A stretch of DNA of 63,147 bases, the filler included, from Parasitella parasitica NRRL 2501 (taxonomy: Eukaryota > Fungi > Mucoromycota), in NCBI GenBank assembly GCA_025201805.1. It is 5 parts of 5 records of this genome, joined end to end, with 100 filler letters (N's around TTAATTAATTAA, not from the genome) between each part and the next. Parts side by side here need not be neighbours in the genome. Positions count along the whole stretch, not along the records: positions 25,258 to 53,588 come from MU619388.1; 4 more parts are not named here. One strand, written 5' to 3'. Position numbers and translations under genes: made by a program. Under the pieces are notes generated by a model. That model was not told the DNA's origin. It worked only from the letters and a program-made list of their open reading frames with translations, and did not search any database. Shown piece by piece: positions 25,258 to 37,053 of the stretch (the first letter of the stretch is position 1; the number at the start of each line of letters is the position of its first letter).

Positions 25258-26725
25258 GCCATCAATTAACTTGACATAAAGACTAAGGAATTCAGTACCC
25301 AATTCTGCTTGATATACACCAGTTGCAGCACAATCGGCCACCTTGGGATGTTTGATCATTATTTGCTCTATTTCGCTAGGATAAATGTGGGTTCCATAGC
25401 ATTTGATGAGATCCTTTTTACGTTCACAAAATGAAAAGACACCGTCGGTATCGCATTTAAACAAATCGCCAGTATGGAAATAACCTTCACTGTCAGCAAT
25501 AGGTAATGGATTATTGTAATATCCAGGAGTAAGGGTAGGTCCTTTTATCAAAAGCTCACCCACTTGGCCCGGAGGTACGTCTTGATCATCGTCATCAACA
25601 AGTCTAGCCGTGAAACCAGCTCTCAAATACCCAATCTTACCAGCAGCAAAAATTGCAGCGTTTCCAGTGAATATACCTAGAACCTCGGTCATCCCATACA
25701 TATCCAAGACATTAATGTTGAGTTCTTTCTTAGCCTCGTCAATCACAGCCTTCTTTAATACAGCACCACAACAACCAATCACTTTGAGCGAAGAAATATC
25801 ATATTCCCTTGCGATGCTGTCTTTGATCAATGAAGATATGACATAAGGTGCACAAGACAGATATTCAGGTTTGCATTCCTCAATGGCAGCACACAAACCG
25901 CGGAACGAATAATGATTCAAAAGATACGTGGTCCACCCATAATATATAGAAACCATCATTACTCCTACCAACCCTGAAGAATGACTAAAATCCAGGTACG
26001 ACAAAGATGCTGAAGTAGGCTTTGTTTGCATATCAACCATACTGAAAAGTATATTGTTCTGTGTTCTAATAACCGCCTTCTTTCTACCCGTGGTTCCTGA
26101 TGTAAAGTATAGAAATGCAGTATCATTCTGCATTTGCTCATTGGTGTATTTGAGGGGTTCTGCTTCTTCGTCTCCCTTGAGAATAGTGTCATCCACAGCA
26201 CGAATGCCTTGGATACTTGTGTCGCCAAAGACGACAATATTTGATTCGTCAATTCCAGCTAACTGGGCTGCAGCAAGAGCTTTCTCAATCGTGTCTTTGT
26301 GGGTGATCAAGAATTTTGCTTTTACTGTATTTATATCATAGATTATATCTTCAACAGGCGAAGTGTAATGCAAGGGCGCAATAATGCCACCTTATGCATG
26401 ACGTGAGAATCTGTGATATGTGTATATCTTTTGAAAACTTACCAGCGCAGATAGTGCCGTGGAGGATGGAGACATAATCAATATGATTTGGAGAGCAAAT
26501 AGCCACTACATCGTTCTTCTGAAGATTGAACACACGTTTGAAACCACCTGCGGCAATCAATATTTGCTTTTTCAAATCCCCATAGGTCAGGGTTCTGTAA
26601 GGAGCTTCAAGGTCAATCAGAATCGGTTTGTCTAATGGAACATCATTGTCGTTTCTAAATAGAACGTTGTAAATGCTGTCACCAGAAAAATCGTTTAGGG
26701 GAACCGATTTAGATGTGTAAACCAT
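25258..26725 (-). CDS. 4-coumarate:CoA-ligase-like acyl-CoA synthetase (ANL adenylate-forming), 3' end lost in assembly gap
   Basis: P-loop YFTSGTTGRKK, YGMTE, GELLIKGP, YFHTGD, RKKDLIK, P.EIE...HPKVADCA. One intron ~26441-26393. Confidence 0.88.
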
Positions 26726-26928
26726 TGCTTGTTTGGATATGTGATAGGCAGGGAAAGATTTTTCTCCTCATATTTATACCTGAATTCAATAATGAGTGTT
26801 TGTTTGTCTGATCATCGCAGTACTCGCATACTTCGAAACACCTCATAATGGATATAACGTTTTGCCCCTTGCGATACAGAAAGGCAACACAAATGAATTG
26901 TCAAAGGATTCGCTTTCTCTTTATTAAG

Positions 26929-28345
26929 CTAATTTGCAACTGGCACTGCCATTATCGTTTGTGGAAGAGCAAGGCGCTGAATTTTACCAGACGACGTTCG
27001 CGGAAAAGAGTCTACAATCTTGATACCGGCACGAACTCGTTTTGCCTCCGGCAGCTGATCATCAGAGTAAGTCTGCAGCTCTTTAATTATCTCTTGTGAA
27101 TTGAAGTTGCCATCAATTAACTTGACATAAAGACTAAGGAATTCAGTACCCAATTCTGCTTGATATACACCAATTGCAGCACAATCGGCCACCTTGGGAT
27201 GTTTGATCATTATGTGCTCTACTTGGCTAGGATTGATTTGGGTTTTATAGTACTTGATGAGGCCCTTGTGCCGCTCACAGAATGAAAGGATGCCATCCAC
27301 GCTGCATTTGAGCATATTACTGGTGTGAAAATAAACATTTGCATCAACAATGTGCCCTGGTTTTCCATACTTTGACCAACAGTTCGCCCACCTGATTATT
27401 GTCCACAGCGTTGCCTTTTTCGTCGATCATCCGAACTGTAAATCCCTCATTTAAGCATCCTTCTACCCCCAGCAGCCGAAATTTGGGAGGGCGGTGGTAA
27501 GCATGCCAACTGCCTCTGTCAAACCATAATAGCTGGGAACAAGTATACCCAACTGCTCCCTCGCTTTCTTGATAAGATTGCATTTAATGACAGATCCGCT
27601 ATAATCAAGCATTTTAAGAGAGGAAATGTCATACTCTCGAGCAATACTATCCTTAATCAAGGAAGACATGACATAAGGTGGAAATGGCAGAGACATTGGT
27701 TTATCTCTGTCTATAGCAACACATAGCTCATGGAACGAGCAAGGGTTTAAGAGATAGCTTTTATTTCCGCAATAGGGAGCGAGCAACACGACTTAAACCA
27801 GAGTGGTTGAATGGCTGAAATCCATATAATTCATCAATGTGCATTGAGGGCTGGTGGGCTGTACTTGGATGTAACAGATCAAGTTATTCTGTGTTCTTAC
27901 AACTGCTTTTTTTTTTCTGCCAGTCTTGCCTGAAGTAAAGTACAAGGCTGCAACAGCATTCTGCATTTGGTCACTTGTATATCGATGGTACTGCTTCTTG
28001 ATTAACTTCAAGGATAGTTTCATCTACTGCCACACTGGTATCGCCAAAAACTACAATGTTTGATTTTTCAATACCTGCTGTGTTGGCAGCTGCAAGGACT
28101 TTATCGAGCACATATTTGTGAGCAATCAAAAGCTTTGCTTTGGCTGTCTGTAAATCAAGGGCAATGTCTTTCTTGAGGGGAAAGTAATGCAATTCGGCAA
28201 CAATGCATCCTATGCAGATATGTACAAGGATTTATAATTTATTGTAGATATTTGCGTATGAAACAAGTCTTATCTGCAACTATAGCGCCATAAAACACAA
28301 TAGAGTAATTGATATGGTTTGGAAAGCAAATAGCCACAACTTCTT
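26929..28345 (-). pseudogene. Decayed tandem paralogue of the 4CL-like ligase
   Basis: Homologous blocks (VVAICFPNHI, YFTSGKTGRKKK, PYVMSSLIKDSIAREYDISSLK, YGLTE, GELLVK, FPRTSSGKIQR) fall in several frames with stops. The intron donor reads AT instead of GT (GCAG|ATAAGA ~28273). No N-terminus is seen. Confidence 0.8.
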
Positions 28346-29136
28346 CCTATTGCAATCAATATTTATCTGTTCAATTGTCCAAAAGTCAGAGAAATCCTGG
28401 TTAAATCTCATCCAATGTTGCGATATCAAATTGAACTTGTGGTAAGAAAAGCGACATCAACGCGTCTTGTTGCAAGCGGTAGATCTAGCTATTATGTGTT
28501 TGGTATTGTTGTGTGAATATCTTGGTGTGGCCTACAGTCAGTAGCAGTTAATAAGTTGATATACCCTGCTGCCAAACATCGCTAGAAATTGAACGCTGTC
28601 TCTTACGAAACTTTAGTTCTTTCAAAGCGAATTGACCTTCATTTAAATTATCAAAAATTGTTATTTGGATAACAGACTTCATGAGGTTTTTCTTTCATAT
28701 AAACTTTGCGATCTGACTAGAGTAATGCAGCAGGTGAAAAATGCTATGTGCTCACAGACATTTTAATTATTTTTTACTTGATAAAATTCTTCTTTAACCG
28801 TAATACCATTACCACCGTGCTGCCCACATTACTTGGGGTGGATTTTTCCAAACAACATCCATCAGATGCACTGACAGCCACTATAGTAGCTGCAGGAAAG
28901 ATTCAAGACGAGGACAATATCAATCAGAGACTATGTATGAGCTTGAATTTATAGGGGGGGGGGGATCTCCGGCGCATGATTTAAGGAACCGTCCGGACAA
29001 TTCATACTGCAAATAATGGGGTTCAGGTTTGGAGGAACAGGGAGAGTGTCGCAAAAAAAAAAAAACAACCATTATAGTTAACGAATGGTAAATTTTAGTT
29101 CTCCCTCTTTTTACTTCGATATCGTCAGACAACACC

Positions 29137-30025
29137 ATGGTATGATACATTAATTTTTGCGTATTATCCTGTATGAGATGGGAAAGAGAGAGATGGATTG
29201 AAGAAATGACTGCATTTACGATAAATGGCATTGGATGGATGGATAAATGATGCGTATGTATTTGCGTGGAAGACGGGAGACGAGTAAAACGTGTCTGTAG
29301 AAAGATCACCGCATTATAGAATCTACTGGAATTCAGCAATAGCAGCCTACTCAAGGAGATCAGTCAAATGTCATTGCAAAAATCGTCCTAGATTACGTCT
29401 CTACTACTACATCTATGATTACAGGATCTCCATTCACAGTGCATGACATACTAATTTCCTTTTTTTTTTTTTTTTTTACAACCTCTAGAGCGCCGAAGAA
29501 CAGAAGGTGACCAAGAACCCTATGCGTAACCTCCAGATCGAGAAGCTTGTTCTCAACATCTGTGTTGGTGAATCTGGTGATAGACTTACCCGTGCAGCCA
29601 AGGTTTTGGAACAATTGACCGGTCAAACACCTGTCTACTCCAAGGCCCGTTATACTGTTCGTACTTTCTCCATTCGTCGTAACGAAAAGATCTCTGTTCA
29701 TGTCACTGTCCGTGGTCCCAAGGCTGAGGAAATCCTTGAACGTGGTTTGAAGGTCAAGGAATACGAACTCAAGGCCCGCAACTTTTCTCAAACTGGTAAC
29801 TTTGGTTTCGGTATTGATGAACACATTGATTTGGGTATCAAGTATGATCCTTCCATTGGTATCTATGGTATGGACTACTACGTAGTTATGGGTCGCCCCG
29901 GTAACCGTGTTGCCCGCAGAAAGCACTGCAAGGCTAAGGTCGGTGTCAAGCACCAAATCAAGAAGGAAGAAGCTATGGAATGGTTCAAGCAACGTTTCGA
30001 TGGTTCCATCTCCTACAAGGCTTAA
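29137..30025 (+). CDS. RPL11: 60S ribosomal protein L11 (uL5)
   Basis: ATG-only exon 29137-29139, intron 29140-29488 (GTATGA...CTAAT...poly-T...TAG), then [48 protein letters not shown]. Confidence 0.97.
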
Positions 30026-30399
30026 ATGCATTTTTGTGTTTTTTTTTTTAAATTTTTAAATCATTAAAATTAAAAATCTAAGCAGTTCTACCTTTTTCAC
30101 TCTGTTGTGTACATGTATATATATGGTATATATATCAGTGTTGTTCGATTGTTGAATGTAGCTTCTCTACAGCTGTGATTTACACAAATTTAATGTGACT
30201 AATATCAAATTTTCTCACAGTGGTGGTGCAGGGTACAAATTGGATACCCCATTCCTCTAAAACATTTTTTCCCTTCTCATCAAAAACAATTTTGTTTATC
30301 GTAAAAAGGAACTTTATCAACCTTTTGGGTGCTTTATTCTCTGAAATAACACCCATTTTTCCTCTGTATTAAATCTCATCTAGCAATCCCTGTTTCGTT

Positions 30400-31050
30400 T
30401 TGACTATTTACACTAATAATGAACGCTTCTATCATCAACAACATCAACGCCACTACTTTGAAAAGCAACATGCCAACGATATTGCACCAACAGCCCCTCC
30501 CTCCTCGCTATCTCAATATACCACCCACCCAAGATCAATGCCTTCAGGTCCATCGAAAGACTACAATGAAGTCGGATTTTCGCCCGGAAAATCCCCTCCA
30601 ACCGCCCTAATACGAGCAGAACAATCCATTAACACCAACTGCTGCTCTTCCATTCATGACAACAACTGCTCCCCGGATAACTCGTTTCAAACTCTTGCTC
30701 GTAACATTGCAATTTCTGGTATAAAGAAATCTAAAAAAACTTTGCGCTTTACGCCGTATATGAGACCTGATGTTGCTGAAAAGAATAAAGATGATCAAGT
30801 CTTGGCACTGTTTGGTCCTGTGCCTTCACCTGAATCCTTTTCTTTATCTTTTTCTGAAACACTAGGCTCTGTTACGCCGTCCAACTCTTGTGCGGATAAT
30901 TTATCAGATCATATACTTGACGATGAGATGGTATTTCAAGAACTTGAATGCATAACTAATTCGCTTGCCTTTCCTATCTCTCCACCTCTTTCACCTACTA
31001 CTGCTACTGCTACTGCTACACTCGATAACGACTTCACTCTGTTCCCTTAA
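30400..31050 (+). CDS. Hypothetical Ser/Pro-rich protein with basic KKSKKTLRFTPY motif; start uncertain (first in-frame ATG 30538)
   Basis: 216-codon open frame, AATAAA just after the stop, no recognisable domain. Confidence 0.5.
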   Translation: MTIYTNNERFYHQQHQRHYFEKQHANDIAPTAPPSSLSQYTTHPRSMPSGPSKDYNEVGFSPGKSPPTALIRAEQSINTNCCSSIHDNNCSPDNSFQTLARNIAISGIKKSKKTLRFTPYMRPDVAEKNKDDQVLALFGPVPSPESFSLSFSETLGSVTPSNSCADNLSDHILDDEMVFQELECITNSLAFPISPPLSPTTATATATLDNDFTLFP

Positions 31051-31072
31051 TTAATAAAGTCTATAACCGTTT

Positions 31073-31965
31073 TTATTCTTTCTCTGCATCAACGGTAGCT
31101 ACATTTTTCACTGCTTGTTTAATTTCGTCTACTGTGTCTAGTAATGACTGGGCACTCTTCACTGCCTCCTTTCTTGCTTGGCGAGCATTCAAGTTGTTTG
31201 GCCCACAAGTAAATCCATCTAAATCAAACAAAACATGCATCAGCTGCTCACCAAGGTATGCTCCCATATAGATTTGCTTTTTCTTTTCTTTTTCTGTCTT
31301 GGTAAGTTGGTTCAAAAATTCCTTAACCGTCTTTTCGTACTTTCTAACTTGAGGGGTAATGTCTTGATCGATTTTATCTTGAATCTTTTGCAATTGCTCC
31401 AACAACAATGCTTCATCTTGCGATTCCTGAGTTGTTATTGGCGGCGAGGACGATGAAGGTTGCGGTACAGATGTCGAAGGTGTGGGTCTGGCAGGAAGAG
31501 GTGGTGTAGATTGCTTATCGCTGGGTGTCCCTTTGTGATGATTGTGTCTATGATGATGATGATGGCGGGGGGTTTCCTACTTGGTTGTTACTTACACGCG
31601 TGCATTGTTAGTGTTGCCATTGGTAAAAAAAAATACATACATCTCGAGAAGCGGTTTTATTATGGCTATTCTTATTAACTTTCAAGGTAACGTAGCAACC
31701 AGATTGAAGACCATAAGCACTCAAGGGTAAATCATCCATATTCATTAAGGCTGCCATCGTTGCTGTCAAAAATCAAAGATATAAATAGAGTAACACACGG
31801 CCTACCTCCAAAAGCATTGATCTTCATATCACTAGGACTGACGCCAGTGATACGCTCGCATGTACTCTTGAGCTCCTTGACAGTAGTTTGTTGCAACTCC
31901 TTGACACTCGAAAACTCTATGGGAAACTTTTTGCCGTTCCATTTTATTTCTATATGGGCAGCCAT
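31073..31965 (-). CDS. BAG1: BAG1-like Hsp70 nucleotide-exchange factor (ubiquitin-like + BAG domain)
   Basis: N-terminal Ubl (IKWNGKKFPIEF...TVKELKSTCERITGV). C-terminal BAG (GEQLMHVLFDLDG...ARQARKEAVKSAQSLLDTVD). Introns lie between. Confidence 0.85.
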
Positions 31966-32468
31966 GATTTGAGAAATTACAAAGGGAAAAAGTTGTATGC
32001 GACCGCACCCACGACATTCGAAACCTTTTTAAATGGGTTTCACACTACACAAGGGTGGCTTACTTTCTTCCGGTTATTGACAAAATCGAAATTGGCGAGT
32101 GGTAAACCCTTGCAGGAATTAGATTTGCATGATACGTTTGAGATTTACCATGTATAGGGCATCACTTTCCTGACATTTTCTGAATAAAATCGCATTCTAC
32201 AGGTGTAAATTCTCTATTTATATAACTTTTAATGACAACTATGAATCTTGTGCTTGATTTTCACGCGTATTAGATGAGGCATCATTAGGATTTTTTCAAA
32301 AGCTCATTTTTCAATCAACTACTGCTGATCCCACAGAGTGATGAACACGTATAATTCACAAGTTTTATTATTTTTTTATATAGATACAAAAAGTAAAAAA
32401 TATTAATTTGGTGATATATATAGTCGGCCAACTGGCTATTATTGCTCTCATAGGGAATATGAAATATT

Positions 32469-34199
32469 TCAACTTTTTATGCTGATGGCCCCTTTTTTGA
32501 AAACATACGAGTCGATGGAATCGTCTTTCATGCCAGGATCAAACGTAAGCGATTCGAACGAATTGTCAAATGTAACTGGATTTAGTTGCGGGTCCTCTTC
32601 CAAGCTCTTTCCTGGACCAGTAAACCATTTTCGAGCACGGAAATAATAGTAACAAACAGACCAGACCATGACAAACACGAAAATCACTGAGGCATAGTTC
32701 ATGTTATCTGCAGTGACCGGATACTGAGTAGGACAGACGAAAAGAATGGATGTAAAAAGAATCCAGAAACAGCTGATAAAGTTGATGGTGTCAGAAAAAG
32801 GACCGAGATGGAAGGGACCGCGTTGGAAGGATTTGCGAGCTACAGTCAAACGAAGTGCAATGGGAATAAAATAGGCAAGAGATGAGGCGATTGTGTTGAT
32901 AGATACAATGGCATTGAATGCAGTTTCGTTGACAATGTAAAGCAAACCAACGACTGCAGCAAAGATGATATTGGCCCAGACAGCGTAGATGGGCGTTTGA
33001 GTGGATTTGTTAATCACGCTCAGCCAACGACTGAATGGAGTAGCACCATCACGGGCAAAAGCATAAATCATGCGAGAGCTACCCAACGTCAAGGCAGAGC
33101 CAGAAAAGAACATGGCGCCCATGATAATCACTGTGAATACAACCGTCCATTTATAGCCAACACCGTCCAAAAATACTTGGGTCATCTGAGGACTCAAAGG
33201 TGTCTCTACGATTTGGCGCTGGAAATCTTGGACACAAAAGTTGACTGAAAGCATAAAAGCAAAGCCAGTGATAGCAGCAGCGCCAATAGCATACAGAATA
33301 CCACGAGGAGCACTTTGCGCAGCATCGCGAGTTTCTTCAGACATATGGGCAGCGCTGTCAAAGCCAGAGAGGGTATATTGAGACTGCAAGAGGCCGATCA
33401 AGAAAGCATACGAATTCGAGGAAAATCCCGTCAAGTTCTCAAACTGAGTGAATACAAATTTAGCGCTGGGCTTGTTAGGCGTCAGGACAAGAGCGACAAT
33501 AATGATCAGTAGAGTGCCAACTAGATGCCAATACAAAGATGCTTGATTGAAAAAACCGTTGTATTTGACGTGCATGGAATTGATGACACCATGCACAAAC
33601 AAGATGACCAAGAAGACGCCGTATTGCCAGTATATGCCAGCGTCATAATCATGGTTGTTGATGCCGATTACAGAGGACATGAATTGAGCGAGACCAAGAT
33701 CAGCAGAGGTGATTGCGACAGTCAAGCCAAGCCAGTTACACCAGCCAGTCAGCCAGCACATAATAGGAACCCATGCCGGAGGGGCCAAACGAGATACCCA
33801 GATGTAGAGACCACCGGTAACGGGAAAGGCAGAGCATATTTCCGCAAGGGACAGGCCTACACCAAAGGTGAATACAGATACCAGAATCCAGCCCCAAATG
33901 ATTGCAATGGATCCACCAGACATCATGGCATCGCCCCACATCTATAAAAGGCAATGTCAGTATAAATGCATGTCTGTTTTGACATTTCGTGCCACCACAC
34001 TTACAGGCGTCAGCCCAGACAAGATAGAGCAGCAGCCAAATGCGATGGAGAAGTTAGAGATGGTCGACATTGTCTTGTTCATCTCCTGCTTGTATCCAAA
34101 AGAAGCCAAGATCTCGTCTTCTGTGGCAAACCTAGGGATGCTGGCGGTTTCTTCTGCGTGCACACGGCCATCACTGTTATTTTGATTCACCTTGTGCAT
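32469..34199 (-). CDS. APC-superfamily amino acid/polyamine/GABA-choline permease (UGA4/HNM1/TPO5-like)
   Basis: FGYKQEM...SNFSIAF, LAEICSAFPVTGGLYIW, GFDSAAHMSEETRDA, SSRMIYAFARDGA, GPFHLG, MNYA; ~12 TM segments; one intron ~34002-33943. Confidence 0.93.
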
Positions 34200-35086
34200 T
34201 TAGAGTTTCGTTATGTCGAAAAAAATAAAAAAAAAAAAAACGATATGTGTGTTGACTAATCCAAAAAAAAACAAAAATTGCAGTTAATCTTTGTTATTTA
34301 TTTTCTAGTGCGTCGACTTTTGCTGATTTATAGAGTGCGACTTTTGAGCTTTCGTTTTCTTTTTTTTTCACCAAGGGTTAAAAGATCCAAATTTTTGCTT
34401 TGAATAAAAAAAAATATACTCTCTCCTAGCAATTGATACGTTGTATTGTTGAATAAACGGAAAAAAAAAGGGGACTTGTCCTTCAGAAACTCTTTACTAA
34501 AAAATTTTATTGACAGGCATGCAATGATAGGTCAAGTTTTCGTTAAAATACTTGTTGGAACCAGTCTTTTGAGCTGATGTAGTCGGCGAAATGAAAAAGT
34601 AGTGCATCTATAAACTTCTTTACTGCTACTAGCACTACGTCTATCTCATTTTGTACATTAGCTAGGGTACATATATGCTTGTGGAGATCGACAAAGGTAC
34701 TTGTCACTAGCATCGTTACTTTTATTAAGCCACGGACGAGTTCAATAATGGAGGCTCTACAATTCACGCTGTAACATTATTATTATTAAATCGTAGCAGA
34801 TATAGCCAGCCAGTATAGTCGGCACACAAAATTGCATGATATCCTTTCTTGAAAGTTTTATAGGCTTTTCGCTCATATGTTGCAATAAAGATTTCACCAT
34901 CTGCTTACAAGATTAATACTCTCTTTAGCTTTTTTTTTCTGGGCATGAGACTGAAGGCCAAATGTGAGGAGTCTATCCTCTCATGCAAATCTTTGGTAAT
35001 TTGACGATGGCTTATGCACGAGTGAATCGAGTATTTTCCTTGTAATATTCATACAAAAGCAAACTATTTTATTATAAACTGATTAT

Positions 35087-36356
35087 TTAAAGCTTTGAGT
35101 ATGATGATTCATATCGCTTGAGAGCAGCCGCAAGCTGAGCACGCCCGGCAGGGATAACGTCTTTAATGTATTTTCTGAAAGCAGCATTACTTTCTTTGGT
35201 ATGGAAGGAGTCTATACAAATTTGTCTTAATTTGTTGCATAGATACTCAAATGAAACTAATAAAATACATACCTGGTTGCTGCAGTGCTTCTATTGTGAT
35301 GATACCTTCAGGTGTAGCCAATAAGGTTTCGGCTGTTGGGAGGAAAGGGCTTTAATGAGAAGCTCAATTAGAGAAATATGATATAAAAACTTACTGTTTC
35401 TCGTCCTGTCAGTAAGCAGAGTCAGAAAACCATCGACAACTGTCTCCATGGAAACACGAGGAGAATGCTTGATGACATTATAAAACGGTTCTTGCGTATT
35501 ATCAGACTCTTTTATGCCTGACAATAAATCGGTTTCTATACATACACATGTCATCAGGTAGAACTCATGCTCAATAGCTTCACTACTTTACATACCAACA
35601 CAGTAGGGGCACAATGCATTAACACGAACATTACAAATATACGGCATGAATTGGAAAGAGCGGGTGTATCCAACGACACCGTGTTTGGAAGCATTATAAC
35701 TTGCAAATCCACTACATGCAATTCCCACATAAATATGGTGTTGTATCCAAAACGCTACATGTGTAAAACATTTATGCACTTGCGGCGAGCTAAAAAAAAT
35801 CCGGCTGCAGACGCAATATGAACAATAGATCCACCTCCTCTCGTTGCCATGTGCAGCAGTGCTACCTTTGTACCTTTGATCACGTCGATCGTATTGATAT
35901 TGAAGATTTTTTCCTCGATTTGATCGTCCAAAGAAGAGAACATTGAATTTGCGTTTTGCCCTATGCCTGCATTAATTAATGCATACTGTTTTTTAATAGA
36001 ATGGGTAAGTAGGTTGTAAACGATGATGTGAGAATACATATGTACATCAACACCACCAAATTCCCTTTCTGCTGATTGAAACAAGTTTTTGTTGTCCTCG
36101 TATTTGGTCGCATCCGAACGGATAAATACTGCAACCTTTTCTCTTGCTCTAACAAGGATACGGATATCTCAACGCTGTTCTCTATAAAGATAACACCAAG
36201 TACGTACTATTTATTGTAGGCATCCATAACTACTTGACCTTCTTGCCCCAGCAAGTCGCCAATCACAACTTTGCCACCATTTTCAACAAGAGCGTCTGCT
36301 GCGGCTTTACGGATGCCACGACTAGCCCCTGTAAGAACTGCAACATTTCCTTTCAT
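35087..36356 (-). CDS. Short-chain dehydrogenase/reductase (15-hydroxyprostaglandin-DH-like) with C-terminal PTS1 (SKL); possibly degenerate
   Basis: MKGNVAVLTGASRGIR, VVIGDL, INAG, IASAAG, catalytic YNASK, VRVNALCP. Last exon ends ...RYESSYSKL* (stop 35087-35089). Confidence 0.82.
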
Positions 36357-37053
36357 ATTCGAGAGCAGTTCCTTGATTAAGTCTTAAATTCTTTTTTGAT
36401 CTGCGAGAACAAACAAATAAAATAGCAATAATCATGGTTGGACTCGCAATATAAATGTTATTGTACGATCATACAGTTGAGTAAATTATGAGATTCTTTT
36501 TTAGACCATAAAAAGGTTGGGCGCATCAGTTCAAGGCTGACAAAGGTAGACAAGTAGTTTATTCAGGCAAAAGCTGCCTCGACCTGAACAGGATAAACAC
36601 ATATTCAATTATACAACATTTGGTTGCTGCATAAAGCTATTTTTTTTTCCAGCATAAAAAAAGGGGCCAAGTTGGTGTTTACATTTGTTCACCATCTCTT
36701 ATTTGAAGCACTCTTTTTAATTTGCACTAGGGGGGGGGAGGGAGGGCATAAAAAGCGAGAGTGTTAGACAATCCTTCGATCATTCGTTGATGTCTGTTCC
36801 ATCTATAGCAGAGCCGCTGCACCTGATATGTCTAGTGTAAAATGATTAATAGGCACCTCGATGGTCATTTTTATCACAAATGCATGATGCTGCTGTATGC
36901 GTATATTGCGTCTATGGGATCATGTAATTGATCGTTGTGATATAATTATGTATTTGATCGTTGCGATACGATCGTGCATATAGCCATTGTGTATATAAAG
37001 TCTATGCAGAAGTCTCGTCCTCATTATTTTCAGTTTATTAAAGCATCCTTGAC

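Noticed and set aside
29140-29488. Long RPL11 intron as a possible snoRNA host
   Set aside because: No convincing C (RUGAUGA)/D (CUGA) box pair or H/ACA structure was found by eye. An Rfam/snoscan run would be needed.
29393-30031. 212-aa ORF antisense to RPL11
   Set aside because: Shadow ORF produced by the strong codon bias of a highly expressed gene; no independent features.
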